This document shows positions 12,836-24,930 of a stretch of DNA of 64,000 nt, piece after piece. The position numbers and the translations under genes are program-made. Location of the stretch: the NCBI GenBank assembly GCA_030141605.1, contig JAQGDQ010000186.1:62001-126000 (forward strand), written 5' to 3'. The notes beneath the pieces were generated by a model that had not been told where the DNA came from, ran no database searches, and saw only the letters and a list, made by a program, of their open reading frames with translations. This DNA comes from Tubiluchus corallicola (taxonomy: Eukaryota; Animalia; Priapulida). Within the stretch, counting starts at the first letter, position 1; each line of letters begins with the position of its first letter.

Positions 12836-13243
12836 TAGGGGTGAGCATTCTCTACCAGAAAGCGAATTCGATCGAACCGAATTTGTGACTTTCGAATTCG
12901 AATCGAACCGAACTTCAGTGTTTCGAATTCGAACCGAATTCGAATTGAGATTGAAAGATTTTCGAACTAGTTTTCGAACCACTAGTAAAAATTAGTCTTA
13001 CAAAAATCATGCACGTCACTAGATTTTGTTCTACAATAAAACGACTAGTAATTGGTATAAAATTGTGCACAAAAATCACAGCTAAATCACGCTAATTGCA
13101 TGATGTTTCAATCGTTTTAGTGATAAAGAACATATGTGATTGAAGTGCTGAATTATTCGAATCTACAGTTTTGGATTCGAATCGAGTTCGAACTAAAAAA
13201 ACTCGTTCGAATCGGATGTCGGCAACCCATAAGTTCACCCCTC
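12836..13243 (+). mobile_element. MITE copy B (hAT-like TAGGG terminus, GAATTCG subterminal repeats)
   Basis: Ends taggggtgagc ... gttcacccct; many ttcgaa/gaattcg repeats; inverted relative to copy A. TSD not evident. Confidence 0.7.
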
Positions 13244-14101
13244 CTCCCATATCCGTCCGAATTTCTCAACTATCGTTCATGCAAAATTTCATTTGCAGCT
13301 AACATGAAAGCTTCATACTTATAATCGCTACCTACTGGTTTTGAATTACCGCGAAAGCATCGCTACTAAAAAGCGCCGGCTTGGTATTTCGTTATTGAAT
13401 TTTTTGAGTTTGAGTTATTTTTTCTTGGTTGGAAACGAAACAAACACCTGAAAAAATTATATGGTTGGGAAGAGACTGTCGCAGGCTTAATGCTTTTCAC
13501 TACAGTTTAACCGACAGTGGTTGATATTTAAACATGGTAATACAAACATTTTACGTGCAAAACCACAGCAAACAAATAATGTAAAAATGAATGTTCTAAG
13601 AGTTTTAGTAAGGCGACAGCCTGCTAATTACTTGTCAAATTTTTGTTTCTAAATAGCACGTAAAACCAAGTCGTCATACATAGTCGCCATCTTGATATCC
13701 TGTTCCAGCTGGATGATTATAGTGTTGGTCTAGATTTCATTGAAACAAAACCAACGAAATGTAACTTTTGTTCAGTACTACTTTCGTATCATTTTATTGT
13801 TTCTTTGGTGTCGAAAACCAATATCTGCTACATCGACATAGACCTAGTACAATGAAAAATAACAGGCCGTTCTATAAAACTAGAAGTACTGCATAGCCTA
13901 TAGCTTCACATGTGACACTAATGACTTTACGTTTGTGTTTGGTTTCAGAATGACATTCATTAAAATAGAGAATCTGATCGACTCAAATAATAATATAAAC
14001 TCAATGAGCGCAACACTAATGAAAATTGAAGATGAAGTTATCAGAGCTATACATCAAATGTCTCAATGTGATGAACTTGCTTTACAAATTTACAACTCCA
14101 A

Positions 14102-14248
14102 CTATAGTAAACGTTCCATTTCTGCTGGAGGTTCTAGTCCTTTTGTTTTTTCTTCGTCATAATATTCAGCAGTGCAAGCTTCGTGAATATGATCACTTTC
14201 TATTTCATCAGTATCAATATCGTACTCACTCCAGTGATCTGTGTGCTC
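14102..14248 (-). CDS. ParB/Srx-like gene, terminal coding exon (acidic tail)
   Basis: Strong acceptor atttttctttag|; EHTDHWSEYDIDTDEIESDHIHEACTAEYYDEEKTKGLEPPAEMERLL then TAG; phase 0. Confidence 0.65.
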   Translation of the reverse strand, partial: EHTDHWSEYDIDTDEIESDHIHEACTAEYYDEEKTKGLEPPAEMERLL

Positions 14249-14421
14249 CTAAAGAAAAATTTTATAGAAGAAAATAATCACATTCAGACATTTAAACCAC
14301 TGAGTTATACTGAACGCCTAAAACTGTGAAAACACAATTCGTTTTAACATTGTCAGTTTAGTAAGGTGTCTTTGATCTCCATTCACTCAGAATGAAGAGT
14401 AATAACGGATTCCTATATTAC

Positions 14422-14453
14422 AGCATTGCCGTTATCGCCATTGTCATTGTCAT
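14422..14453 (-). CDS. ParB/Srx-like gene, putative 32-nt micro-exon 3
   Basis: ttatcag|ATGACAATGACAATGGCGATAACGGCAATGCT|gtaata encodes (D)DNDNGDNGNA and converts phase 1 to phase 0, as needed to join the flanking exons. Donor is weak. Confidence 0.45.
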
Positions 14454-17400
14454 CTGATAATGAATGTTGCATTACGTGTACTATTTACGTTGAAAAAGTC
14501 TATTTATTTTTCCAAACCTAAAGCTGCAAAAGTATTACATTCACGTTATGTGGGTTTATTTTATAGTTTTTTATAGCTAGCGGTTTTAATCGGCATTGGG
14601 CTAATAGTTGTGATTGTTTCGGGTCGTGATTTTTCGAGTTATTTTCAATTCACATCTGTCGGTTAAATTTATGTGTTTAATTTGCTTGGTAATATTGCAC
14701 TCAAAATTGAAACGTGGGCAAATTGCGAGATTTAAGTAAGCAATAAACTGTACTCCTACGTAGGTATGTAGAAAGGTCTTCTTGACAACTCAAATTAAAT
14801 GCGTGTGAACGTAAGCTGCAAGAGGAGCTTTTCCGTCAGAGGACATAAAATAACTTGAAACGGTCTCGGCTGGTTTACGAGGCAATTAAAATAACACTTA
14901 CCGTTAAGGAAACTGTGTAATGTTTCTGCTTATAAATGCCCAAAAAAGGATAGCCGTGCTGTAGGCATGTGACAAAGCAGATTGTCGGTAATTCAGCTAA
15001 GCTGATTTACATTAGCTATAGTTTGCAAGATTTCGGTTCTTAGAATTAGGAATTGAATGCTGCAAGCAGGCAAACCGCAAAAAAACGTGATGTAAATCCT
15101 GCCTGAAAATATTCTCAGACATATGCAGATATGCAGAAATACTTTAGCCTTGATCACGATTTTTGTTTGCTAATTAGATCTCACACCAAATCTTGTTTCC
15201 CATACCTTATGTGCTTCCAAGTAACTAAGCGAAGGAAAAACGATGTCGCACACAGAGCACCCGTAATGACTTTTCTTTTGTTGATGCTGGACCAGTGATT
15301 TTGCTGTTGGATAAACCTTTTCACAAACGTTGCACGTAAAACCATCTGAAAATCACAAAAACATTTTGACAAATCAACAGTCAAATTGAATATGAAAGCT
15401 CTGAACAATTTACCCAGTGAAACAGATTCAGTTTAGCATTCCTTGGGCAAGCCTGTGTAAAATAATAATACAAGGTTAGTATTGTTTCACGTAAGAATCA
15501 TTCGTGTATAGTACTATCTATCATTTTGCGTAAATGTAAGTAAAAATGCTGCACTTGAAATTAAAAAAGCTTTTTTAATTTTTAGTGTCAATTTTTTACA
15601 TCGTTAACAAATTTTAAAAATTATTATAATATTGACATGTCCTTCTCCGGAATTTGAACGCTCATCAAAAGTCAAACTTACAAAGAAGAAGGCTCTTAAA
15701 AATTGTGAGTCAACTAGCGAGTGAACGCAGAACCTAATGATTTCAAGCCATGCGCGCCATTTAAGCTATGAACTGACTTCGCCAAAACTGGCCTGAATTT
15801 TTACATTAATCATTCACCACGTACTCTATTAAAGCCACCTATCCAGAGTAAGGAAAGCTGATTAATTAATAAGCTAACATCGTTTTTAGCTTAATTTACG
15901 TGAGTACGCTGCAAAAAAGCTGTTCTTTGTGTCTAAGCGTGTCTTGAAAAGTTAATGATACGACACAATGATTTCAAAATCTGTTTCTTCAAAAAGGCTG
16001 AAACACACCATAGTAGCATAAGTGCGCTAAGGTAGGCGAATTAAGATAAGCAACAAAGCTTTTCCACATGCGCAAACTATTTTTCACTGGCAATTGGGAT
16101 ATTGGAAATTATGCAAAATGATGCTGTATTTTTAGTTGTTCATGTATTAAATAGCAGGCTAATAAAATTTTAATATTTTCATAAACCAGATCTATACAGA
16201 TCTATGAGTATTTGACTAGCTAAATTTGGACTAGCTTAGATCACGAAATCACAAATTTCATTATAAGATTAAAGAATAAACAACACCAGTTTTTGTACAG
16301 TTACTTAGTAGCCAAAATACATTAGTTCATTTTGGTGAACGTAAAGTGATAACTTATTTTGAACTGAGAAGGAAAATCACACGGGCTTATATATACAATT
16401 TTACGTCTACACGAGAACACTTTAGATAAAATTTAGATCATGCAAATTTGGTTAAAAGTTGGTAACTGCGCAAAAAAATTATACACGTTTTAATATAGAC
16501 AGTGCCCTAGATAAGAAACAGTGCCTTAAGAATAAGAAACAGGGCCAAAAAATAACGAAACCTTTTCGTACTTTTCTTTTTTCGTTTTGGTGTCTACCAA
16601 ATTAATTATTTCTTCACTGTTGGTTACATTTAAGTCTGAATTTGATAATGAATGAACATAAAGAGTTACGCTACTTTAGTACGAACGGTGGGAACTGTCG
16701 TTTTTATGGTTCTGCCCACCAGTTCCCCATGGGAATTTACTCTTTTTCACAGTCCCACAATTTTTATACACAAAAGTCACCGTCATTGAAATATCATAGG
16801 AATTGCCATGTCCTTGGGCAACCCTGAAAAACACTTTAAAATGCCATAAAATAATAAGTCGACTAAAAGTTTATTTCAGGAAAACTTTGATTAATTAATG
16901 GAAGTAAAACTTAGCAACTATAATATTTTAGGAAAAAAAATACATAATGCTAATTTTTTTTATATCTTTAAATCGATTTATTTACACACGTGACACAGTA
17001 GCTCCATGATAAATTTGAGTCATTAATGAGCATCGTGTAAAGTGACCGTCGTACAGTGACTAAGAACGGGTCCTCTGCAGTTTTAATAAACTTTTTTTAT
17101 TGTTAAAATGAAAAAAATTGTGTATGCGCATACGTGTTTTAGCATGGTTCAAAACGCACTTTATTTAGAAATTCCGAATTTCTACTGCTTGTGACATGCG
17201 CCTTCAAAGAATTTCTGAAGAAAATGAATTTAATGAAGCAACCAACTCACATGCTTCACAGAAATTCCACAGAAAATTTTGGTTTATAGACAGTTTTTCC
17301 CAATACAGCAAGGAATGTGAGCGACTTTAGGAATATTAAATCCAACTTTTATATTCATGCAAATCAGAAACAACTGTGCATTCTACAACTGCTGTGTTTA

Positions 17401-18088
17401 CCTGTCTTGAGGGCGTATTTCTTTTATTTCAGAGTTTTGCCTGCCAAATGTCTACAATCGACGTAATGGGAATATGATACTGATGATGATGACAATGTTT
17501 AACACGCAAAGACAAAAACGGCTTCATAATGTCTCATTTAGGATGATCACAATTTTCCCGTAAAAACGTATATCTATCCTTTATGGCTATGCGTAATTAG
17601 CCATACTGAAAATCATGCCTATAAAATGGCAGGATGTGTTTATTTTTACTCATGGGAGTAATGACATTGCAGAAAACGAGCGAATGATCTTTTCAAGCAT
17701 CCGTTGTATTACATAACATAATTTTTAGATGATTGGTTGAATAATTTGTTAAATAATTAATAACTACCCAGTCCAACAATATTCCGTCACTCTAGTTGCT
17801 TTTCGCATGAATGGGTTGCAAAAGTGTTCCTGCGTGACGCAAACCTATTTAAACTGCATCCAACTGACTGACGAACAAATGGATGCCAGCCATTGTGGAT
17901 TATATGCATTGCAGTGTGTTAGCTACATTGTGGATTAGATATACACTATTGCAGTGTTAAAGCGGTACTGTGTAGTACAGTGTACATCTTATCCACAACA
18001 TGGGCTGGCATTTTATTCTCTGTGCCACGAAAGAGTGACGCAAAATTAAGCTAGCGCTTACGTATTATTTGATTGCAAATTAACTTAC

Positions 18089-18241
18089 CATAATCGGATT
18101 CGTCGTCATTTTCCGAACACTCGGAGTAGCACACGCTTTCGTCACTCGTATCCGAATCATCCGTCGACAAATACTGAAAATTTCCATTTTCCTGAGCTTT
18201 TTCGAGAAACTGATACCCAGTCTGAGACGTGCTGAGTGTAT
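18089..18241 (-). CDS. ParB/Srx-like gene, coding exon 2
   Basis: tacttcag| acceptor, |gtaagt donor; 153 nt, phase 1/1. (D)TLSTSQTGYQFLEKAQENGNFQYLSTDDSDTSDESVCYSECSENDDESDY. Confidence 0.7.
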
Positions 18242-18369
18242 CTGAAGTACGAAAGTTTTGTTATTAATTAAACACATAATCAAGATGCAGACTTAAGACT
18301 AGATCCAATTTTACTGCGTCTCTGACCTTCATCGTTTCCTTGCCGTATTCAAAACGAGAGAGGGGGAAT

Positions 18370-18620
18370 TAGGAAGCTCTTGCTTTTGGTGGTGCTGGTG
18401 CTGCAGGTGCTGTTGTCATTGCTGTAGGTTTTGCTGCCGTTACTATTTCTTTTGTTAATGCTTTTGTTATTGTTGCTTGTTGTAATGTTAAAATTTCTGC
18501 TGTTGTCATTGTTCATGTTGCTACAGTTGCTATAACTATCATCATTGCTGCTGCTGCTGCTGCTGCTGTTGATGTACGTAATTTCTGCTAACGTTAAATA
18601 TAATATTTTTAATGTCACGA
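18370..18620. repeat. Degenerate trinucleotide microsatellite with (GCT)n core
   Basis: gct/gtt/cat triplet runs; pure (GCT)n near 18548-18568. Confidence 0.8.
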
Positions 18621-18697
18621 TTACTATTATGATGGTATTAACTCACAACTAACTAAACTCCGATATTTAGCTTGAAACGCAGGACATGCAAAAAAGT

Positions 18698-18775
18698 TGG
18701 AATACAGCCTGGATTTGAACCAGGAACCTTCTGCTTATATTGCAGACGCCACAGACCACTCGACCACTGTATCCC
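18698..18775 (-). ncRNA. tRNA-like Pol III unit (SINE head or tRNA pseudogene), not a canonical tRNA
   Basis: GGGATACAG/CTGTATTCC acceptor stem, A box TGGTCGAGTGG, stem-loop TCTGC-AATATAA-GCAGA, T arm CCTGG-TTCAAAT-CCAGG, then a T6 terminator. The anticodon loop lacks Y32-U33. Confidence 0.65.
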
Positions 18776-18847
18776 CAGTGATCAAGGTAGTCCATATTTC
18801 ATTCTTTATTCCCACTCAGCATTTCCTGAATTAAATTGGCCAGCATT

Positions 18848-18943
18848 GGGAGATGAACTGTGGCCGAATGGTCTCAGGAGTTGCAATGCAAGTAGAAGCC
18901 TAGAAGGTCTTTAAGTCAAATCCAAGCAGGTTCCCAACTTTTT
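18848..18943 (+). ncRNA. Degenerate second tRNA-like unit, divergent to the first
   Basis: A box TGGCCGAATGG, loop AATGCAA, decayed B box GTCAAATCC, 3' CAGGTTCCCAACTTTTT. Confidence 0.5.
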
Positions 18944-21900
18944 CACACTTCGTGTCTTTTAAGTTAGCGTCAAAATTTCATTAATTTTGGTTTCGTAGCA
19001 TCAACGTATACTAATGTTGCTTTACCAATGTCAGCAACATATTATGCGTAGTTCGCTGTCTATTCCGAAAAGACACAATTAATTTGAAAGCTTTAACGCG
19101 ATTTGGCAATAATGGAAAAATCAATTATAGCACTAACTTGTTAGAGTGACCAAGAGATTGTTTGTTCAGCTGTATCATCAATGCAGAGGCTTGTTTTATT
19201 TAGCGATTTACCAAATGGTTTCGGCGCATTAGACCACGTTATATAACACTGTTACATTTGGCTACGCTAATGTATTCAATTACTGGATTAGGCGCACTGG
19301 TAAATATTCTGCCCGAGGAGTCTGGTGATTGCAAACATCGAATTGAGAGCTCAGCATGGATGAATTAATTTGATTTGTGCAACGTCTACGTCAACGTCTA
19401 CAGCAAGCCTGTGTAAGCAACTGCAGGACAGGTAGCTCTGCTTTTTTAAACATTACATCTGAATTACCAGGGATGGTTAATTGAAAAAAATATTTGAAAT
19501 CAGAGGACCGAGGTTGCACTGAAGTAGTACGTTATGTTGGCTTATGAATTAGCCGTGTAAATATCATGGTTGCCGTTTGAAGAAATCTATTTGCCCATTT
19601 TAAAAAGTTGACGTAATCACGGTAATGGAATTTCACCATTAACTTATCGAAATACCAGACTTCATGTTTTCATGATGAATATTTGTGCGACTTTACTACA
19701 TGCATTAATACCGCTTGGTGATTTATCATATATTAAAGGTCACTAGCAGACAAAGTCAGGGACAGCCAATTGAAAGCAATGGGAATACTGGACCAAAGAT
19801 AAAGTAGCCAACTGTGTGAGTTTCAAGCCATGCATAGTTACACCATTTTATAGTTGCCAAAAATGTGTTGCTAACAAGCCATTGTCTGAGCTATAATGAT
19901 CCAGCTTATTAAAAGCATTATTAATAAGTAAGTTAGAGCGAGCCATTGTTTAATACTGTTTGAAATTTTTGATATGTCTTTACTCCTGAGTTTTAAAGCA
20001 TCTACGTGTCTAAGTCAAACATGCCAAAAGCTACTATAGTTGATAAAAAGGTTTAATTACTCACGATATTGGTGAATTCGGCGCTACAGATTGTTATTAA
20101 AATAAATATTGTCTTGTCATTTTTTGTCTCGCCTTGTCGTGCTTGTGGAGAAAATGTAAAGTATAATGCGCCCAATATAGTACTGTAGGTTTTATGATAT
20201 TAGAATGTATTAGTTAAAAGATGTTGAACACCATGCTAATTTAAACACAGAAGCTATTTAAGGCTCGAGTCTTGTGTGTAATTATCCCGAGCTCGTACAG
20301 AATGAAACCCCTGGGGTATCTGCTAGCCGTCTTGAATGAACGAATGATAAGCCAGTCGCCTTCTTGGCAAGGGCTTCATTACAATTACTTACTTTAAAGC
20401 AATTCTAACATGTAAGCTAATCAAATTTGATAATAATGGTTAAATAAGCCCACTAGCGTACAAATGACTTATAGCTATCTGTAAGCAAAGAGCAAAGATA
20501 GACTTATTAGTAGGGTCAGTCTTTGAGTCTATGGTCAACTATTCTCGACTGTGGTTGAATCTAAGAAGTTGACAGTAAGATCAAGGGTAGAATGTGGGTC
20601 AATGTCGAGTTTGTTGAGCCAGTCGGCGTATACTAGTTTTTGCAATTTTATAAGAACACTAAATTGTTTAATTCTTTATGGCGGTTACCAGGCATGTGAT
20701 AATTTTCTCCATATTACAGTTTATAACGAGCCAGCCATGGTTGCTACAACAAAGCTCCTATTTTCAATGAGTTTCAATTCATTGATTTTCAATGAAAAAA
20801 TCATGTTGCATCGCAGTGAGGACAACAATGGCAAGTAGGACAACTAAGTGGCACATTCATATGTAAATGAACATATGGTTCATTTAGTTACCAATTTGTA
20901 TGCAAGATTTTATGAATAAGTGTCTATCTGCTGGGTAAGAAACTCTGCTGAAGAGGGCGGTGAGAAATTGTGATGCATCGTGTTAACAAGTCGAAACGAA
21001 GTTTCTTGGATTAATTCAGTTGGGAATCCCGTTGAGAATTAATCATATAGCAACGTTGAAATCCAATTATGTGAAACAGCTTATCAACTCTAACCATTCT
21101 CACGCAAGTACTGTGGTTCGTGCAAATTTCCTTTGAGCTGCAGGCTGCAGCAGATAAACGTGTTAGTCCCAAAAACGGAAAAGTATTGCATAAATAATTT
21201 ACTACACTTTTTCGCACGTATGGCCTCCAGTGTTGTAACGATCATCCAGGTTTAGCTGCGCGAAAACGAAACGATTTTCTGTATATAAGTTCTATACTGG
21301 ACGTTTTTTGGCAGAAATGATATGAGGTCATCATCACCATCATATTATCATCATCGTCGTCATCATCGGCGTGGCTACAAGTGCCACATAATCATACAGA
21401 TTAATTTGTATACGTAAACTTAGAGTGTTAGGCAGCTTGAAGGCGACTAGTACGAAAGTAAATCATTGGGTAAATTAGTTAATCGGGTCATTAAACGAAA
21501 ACACAATAAGAAAGTATTAAACAAGTGAATAAAACGAAAGGGCGTTTGTATCGAGCAGTTAGTAATGAATGACTAATTAAATTATTCATGTCAAATCAAG
21601 TAATCAGAAGTTCTGCGCGCGAGTGGATTCCCTTGGGTGCTGATGTTCACTCTACAGAATCGTAACTATAAAATCGTGTATTGCTAAGCAAGAAACCAAC
21701 CCAAATGAGACGAGAGACAGTTAGTGATGTTTCCAGTGGCTTATTGACTTTCAGTAAAAAGATCTAGCAGCTTTGTAACTGCTTACTTGGAACTAAAATT
21801 GTGGAAAAATATAAATTGGATAGTAAAGCAATTTATTCATTTTAAAACTTTTTCGTGTGTCCAGAGTACTTTAAAAATATAGTACATAGTAAATATAGTA

Positions 21901-23932
21901 CATAGAACCCCGTTGTTCATCTGAAGGCATCTGCGATTATTAAAAGACTAGATTGCGAGTGGTACAAATGAGCTTGTACTATCAAAACAAAAACAAAGCC
22001 AGAGTTTTGCAGTGACAGAATCGAAAATATTCCATTTCCAACAGTTCGCCAAAAAAAAAATTACGTGGCAGTGTTTTGCTGCCCAGGTCGCAAATCATAT
22101 ATGCTAAACAGAAAGTAATTTCGCACGACTTTCGCTACTTTTTGCGAAATTTATTTTTTTCGAGAGCATGTCGCACGACATGTTTGCGACATATTTGCAG
22201 CTGTTTGGCGACTTCTGCTTGTCCATACAATAAGGCGAAAAGGCGAATGTTGCACGACACTCGCGCGAGCATAGAGCGATCGTTTCTCGGAATTATTGTC
22301 GAAAGAAGTAAGCGACAACCAAAATGTCCCTAAAATGTTGAAAACTAGTTGCCTTCGCCTCCAGAGCTTACATGGCGACTAACTAGCTAACCAACTATGC
22401 TTGTGTACAGGAGGGGTTGACTTATGTGTGCGCACTCCGAAATTGAAACGAAGCACGTACCAAAGATAATCCTCTGAGACAGTGAACCGGCAGATGTGTT
22501 ATAGCGATGAAACTAACCACAAGTTATTTTTCGTTGTAGCAAACCGATTATTCTCTCACTAGTTTTATAACTAATCTATTTTTTTAATTGAGCCACTTAT
22601 GTAAGTTGACTGTACTTATGTATGTGAAAATAAACGATGTTAATAATAAAACAGCAAAATCAAAAAAATCTAAAATGTGCAAAAAATAAGTACCCCAAAA
22701 TAATAATTATTGTTTGAATGCCTTTTGTTGCTGTTTATATTGATTTTTTTAGCTATTAACTTTCCAGGAATATTATTAAAACGCTCGCACTGAGCAACCA
22801 GAACATATGATACAATCTTCGCGTACATATGCACTACACATTATGCTTTAATTGCCTACTGAAAGTGATCGACGGCGTAAATTGTTAAAAGCAAATCTGT
22901 TAATTGAAGTATTACTAGCCTACTCCAGTAGAAGCAATCACGTTTTAATTAAACGAAAAATCCTTGATGTGATACGTCAATAATGCAAGGGTAGATAGAC
23001 TGGTGGAAGTGACATTTTAATCTCTAACTGATTAATTAATTCTAAGAAAAAGTACTTTCTCATTCAAATCACGCGCAATTTGCGACTCGATTCATTTCAG
23101 TCTCTTCCACTTTGACATATGGGTGAACAAGAGGCAGATGGAAACAAATTGTAATATGAATTTTCATGTCTATTGTTCTCAAAATCCATTAATAACTTTT
23201 CATAGAGTTACATGCCTGAATGCTATCAACTGTCAAGACTATGAAAGATTATTGGTTCGCATCTATTCTAAAGCGTCATACATCAGTGAATTTGCTAATC
23301 TCAGGAGCTACATAAATTCGAATTGACTAATCAAACCAACTAACCACTCAACTTATTAAAATCTAAATTTACAGTTTTTATGGGAGAATGTAGACTGTCC
23401 GGATTTTGCAATGCATTCAAATTAATATTAAAAGCTAAAGCTTGATAAAATATCGTTTAACGCCCTGGCTCAACTGAACGCCAAGATCTCCAGAAAGTCG
23501 ACCAACAAAGTACGACCACAAAAACGTTGATCAAGCGGCTGATTAATTTAATAGATTTGGGTTTGACAAAGAGTCAACGAGGCGATTGAAGGTAGGTGTT
23601 AAGAAAGTTTCCTATCTGAAGCCATGCCGAAATACCGCCGCTTCCAAATCATCTCATGATCATCAGTAGTCATTACTAGCATAGTCATTGTCTTCATCAT
23701 CACCATAACTCTTTGTAGTGTTAAGAATATTTTTTGCACTTTTAACAACTAACGCATACAACTAACATGATAGCATACTCCATGTTTTCACTTTGAAAAT
23801 TTTGCCGCTCTTCCATGGCTTTTATTATCTCTTAATGATAAAGCTACGTTGGTGGCAAAGCCAATTGTGCCAATGATATTCGCGATTCTTCTGTTTACCA
23901 CTATAATTGCATTGCCATTACTGTTGTTGAGA

Positions 23933-24930
23933 ATGTATGCATGTATGTATGTATGTCATTTATTGATCAACAAAATTCTAATAACATTACAAATTGCATC
24001 GTAGTATTAAGAAGTTAGTCCATAACAATGCATGTTCCTTGAAGCTCCATCAGTGACGTCACTAAAATACAATTTGGGTGCACGTTAAAAAACTTTTAGC
24101 AAAATGAAATGCAAGTAGTATTACAGGCAGCAGCAGTTAAATAACAGTAGTGCAAAATAATTTTCTTATATCTAGCTATGGACATTAACGGAAATAATAA
24201 CAAACATTTACGTACATATTCAACTTAAAGTTTAAAGGTATCATTATGTGCAAATGTAGATGTCAGTGATGACGTGTCGATGTCAGTATATCTACGTAAC
24301 TGTCTATGATGAGCGGTTATAGGGCACACGCAAAGTACATGTCGGTAGTCTTGTAAATCACTAGTCACTGGGCAACTACAAGTTCGAGATTGTCCGGGTA
24401 AATGTCTCCATCTCCCCATCTCAATTTACAGATGATGTTATGATATGCGGGCTCTAGTCCGAAAGATTCTCGCCGATTCCGTGATTGGTGTTATGCGATT
24501 CCAGTAAAGAGCGTGTCTGCTCAATGTTGGGTTAATCAGTTTATAGGTAGATATTTTGCTAGCATCATAATTCAAACTTCTTTGCTTTCTGTCTCTTATG
24601 TCAGATAATGCAGGATCCATTACCGTCGTCCTGACATTGTACAAATGATCTGCCACGGGAGTTTCTGCATCACGACACTTCCATCGTATCTACAAGGATG
24701 CTGTATTGCAGCTGTCGTAGTGGGTCTTTGCATCCATGGCTGTTACTAACACCTCAAATAGTACCAGTGGTGGAACAATGTTGATCAGTTGTATGGTCGA
24801 CCTGGTCGATTTTTTATTCAGTCTGCTCCAGTCGCCAAATTTTGACTCTCGTTTTAATATTTTTGACGTAATGCTGCACTGAGTTAAAGGTTTGTATGTC
24901 TGTATGTAACTACTTAATTCAGGCATATTT
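23933..24930 (-). mobile_element. Decayed LINE 3' fragment (RTE-X/L2-like C-terminal zinc knuckle)
   Basis: Across stops it reads RTRARIS*HHL*IEMGRWRHLPGQSRTCSC...LQDYRHVLCVCP, matching the RLSxHxLxIExGRW...RxC..C...H...CP motif. Ends with AATAAA and a (TACA)n tail. The 5' boundary is uncertain. Confidence 0.75.

Noticed and set aside
12860-12960. Short regularly spaced repeats suggestive of a CRISPR-like array
   Set aside because: Irregular 6-7 bp subterminal MITE repeats with no unique spacers, in a eukaryotic context.
18698-18775. Functional tRNA-Ile(UAU) gene
   Set aside because: Anticodon loop starts A-A instead of Y-U, the acceptor stem is atypical, and it is paired with a decayed twin; treated as tRNA-like.
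20938-21008. Hammerhead-like CTGAAGA...CGAAAC flanked by aagaaact/agtttctt
   Set aside because: Stem II barely pairs and there is no stem III or NUH cleavage triplet; at best a decayed relic.
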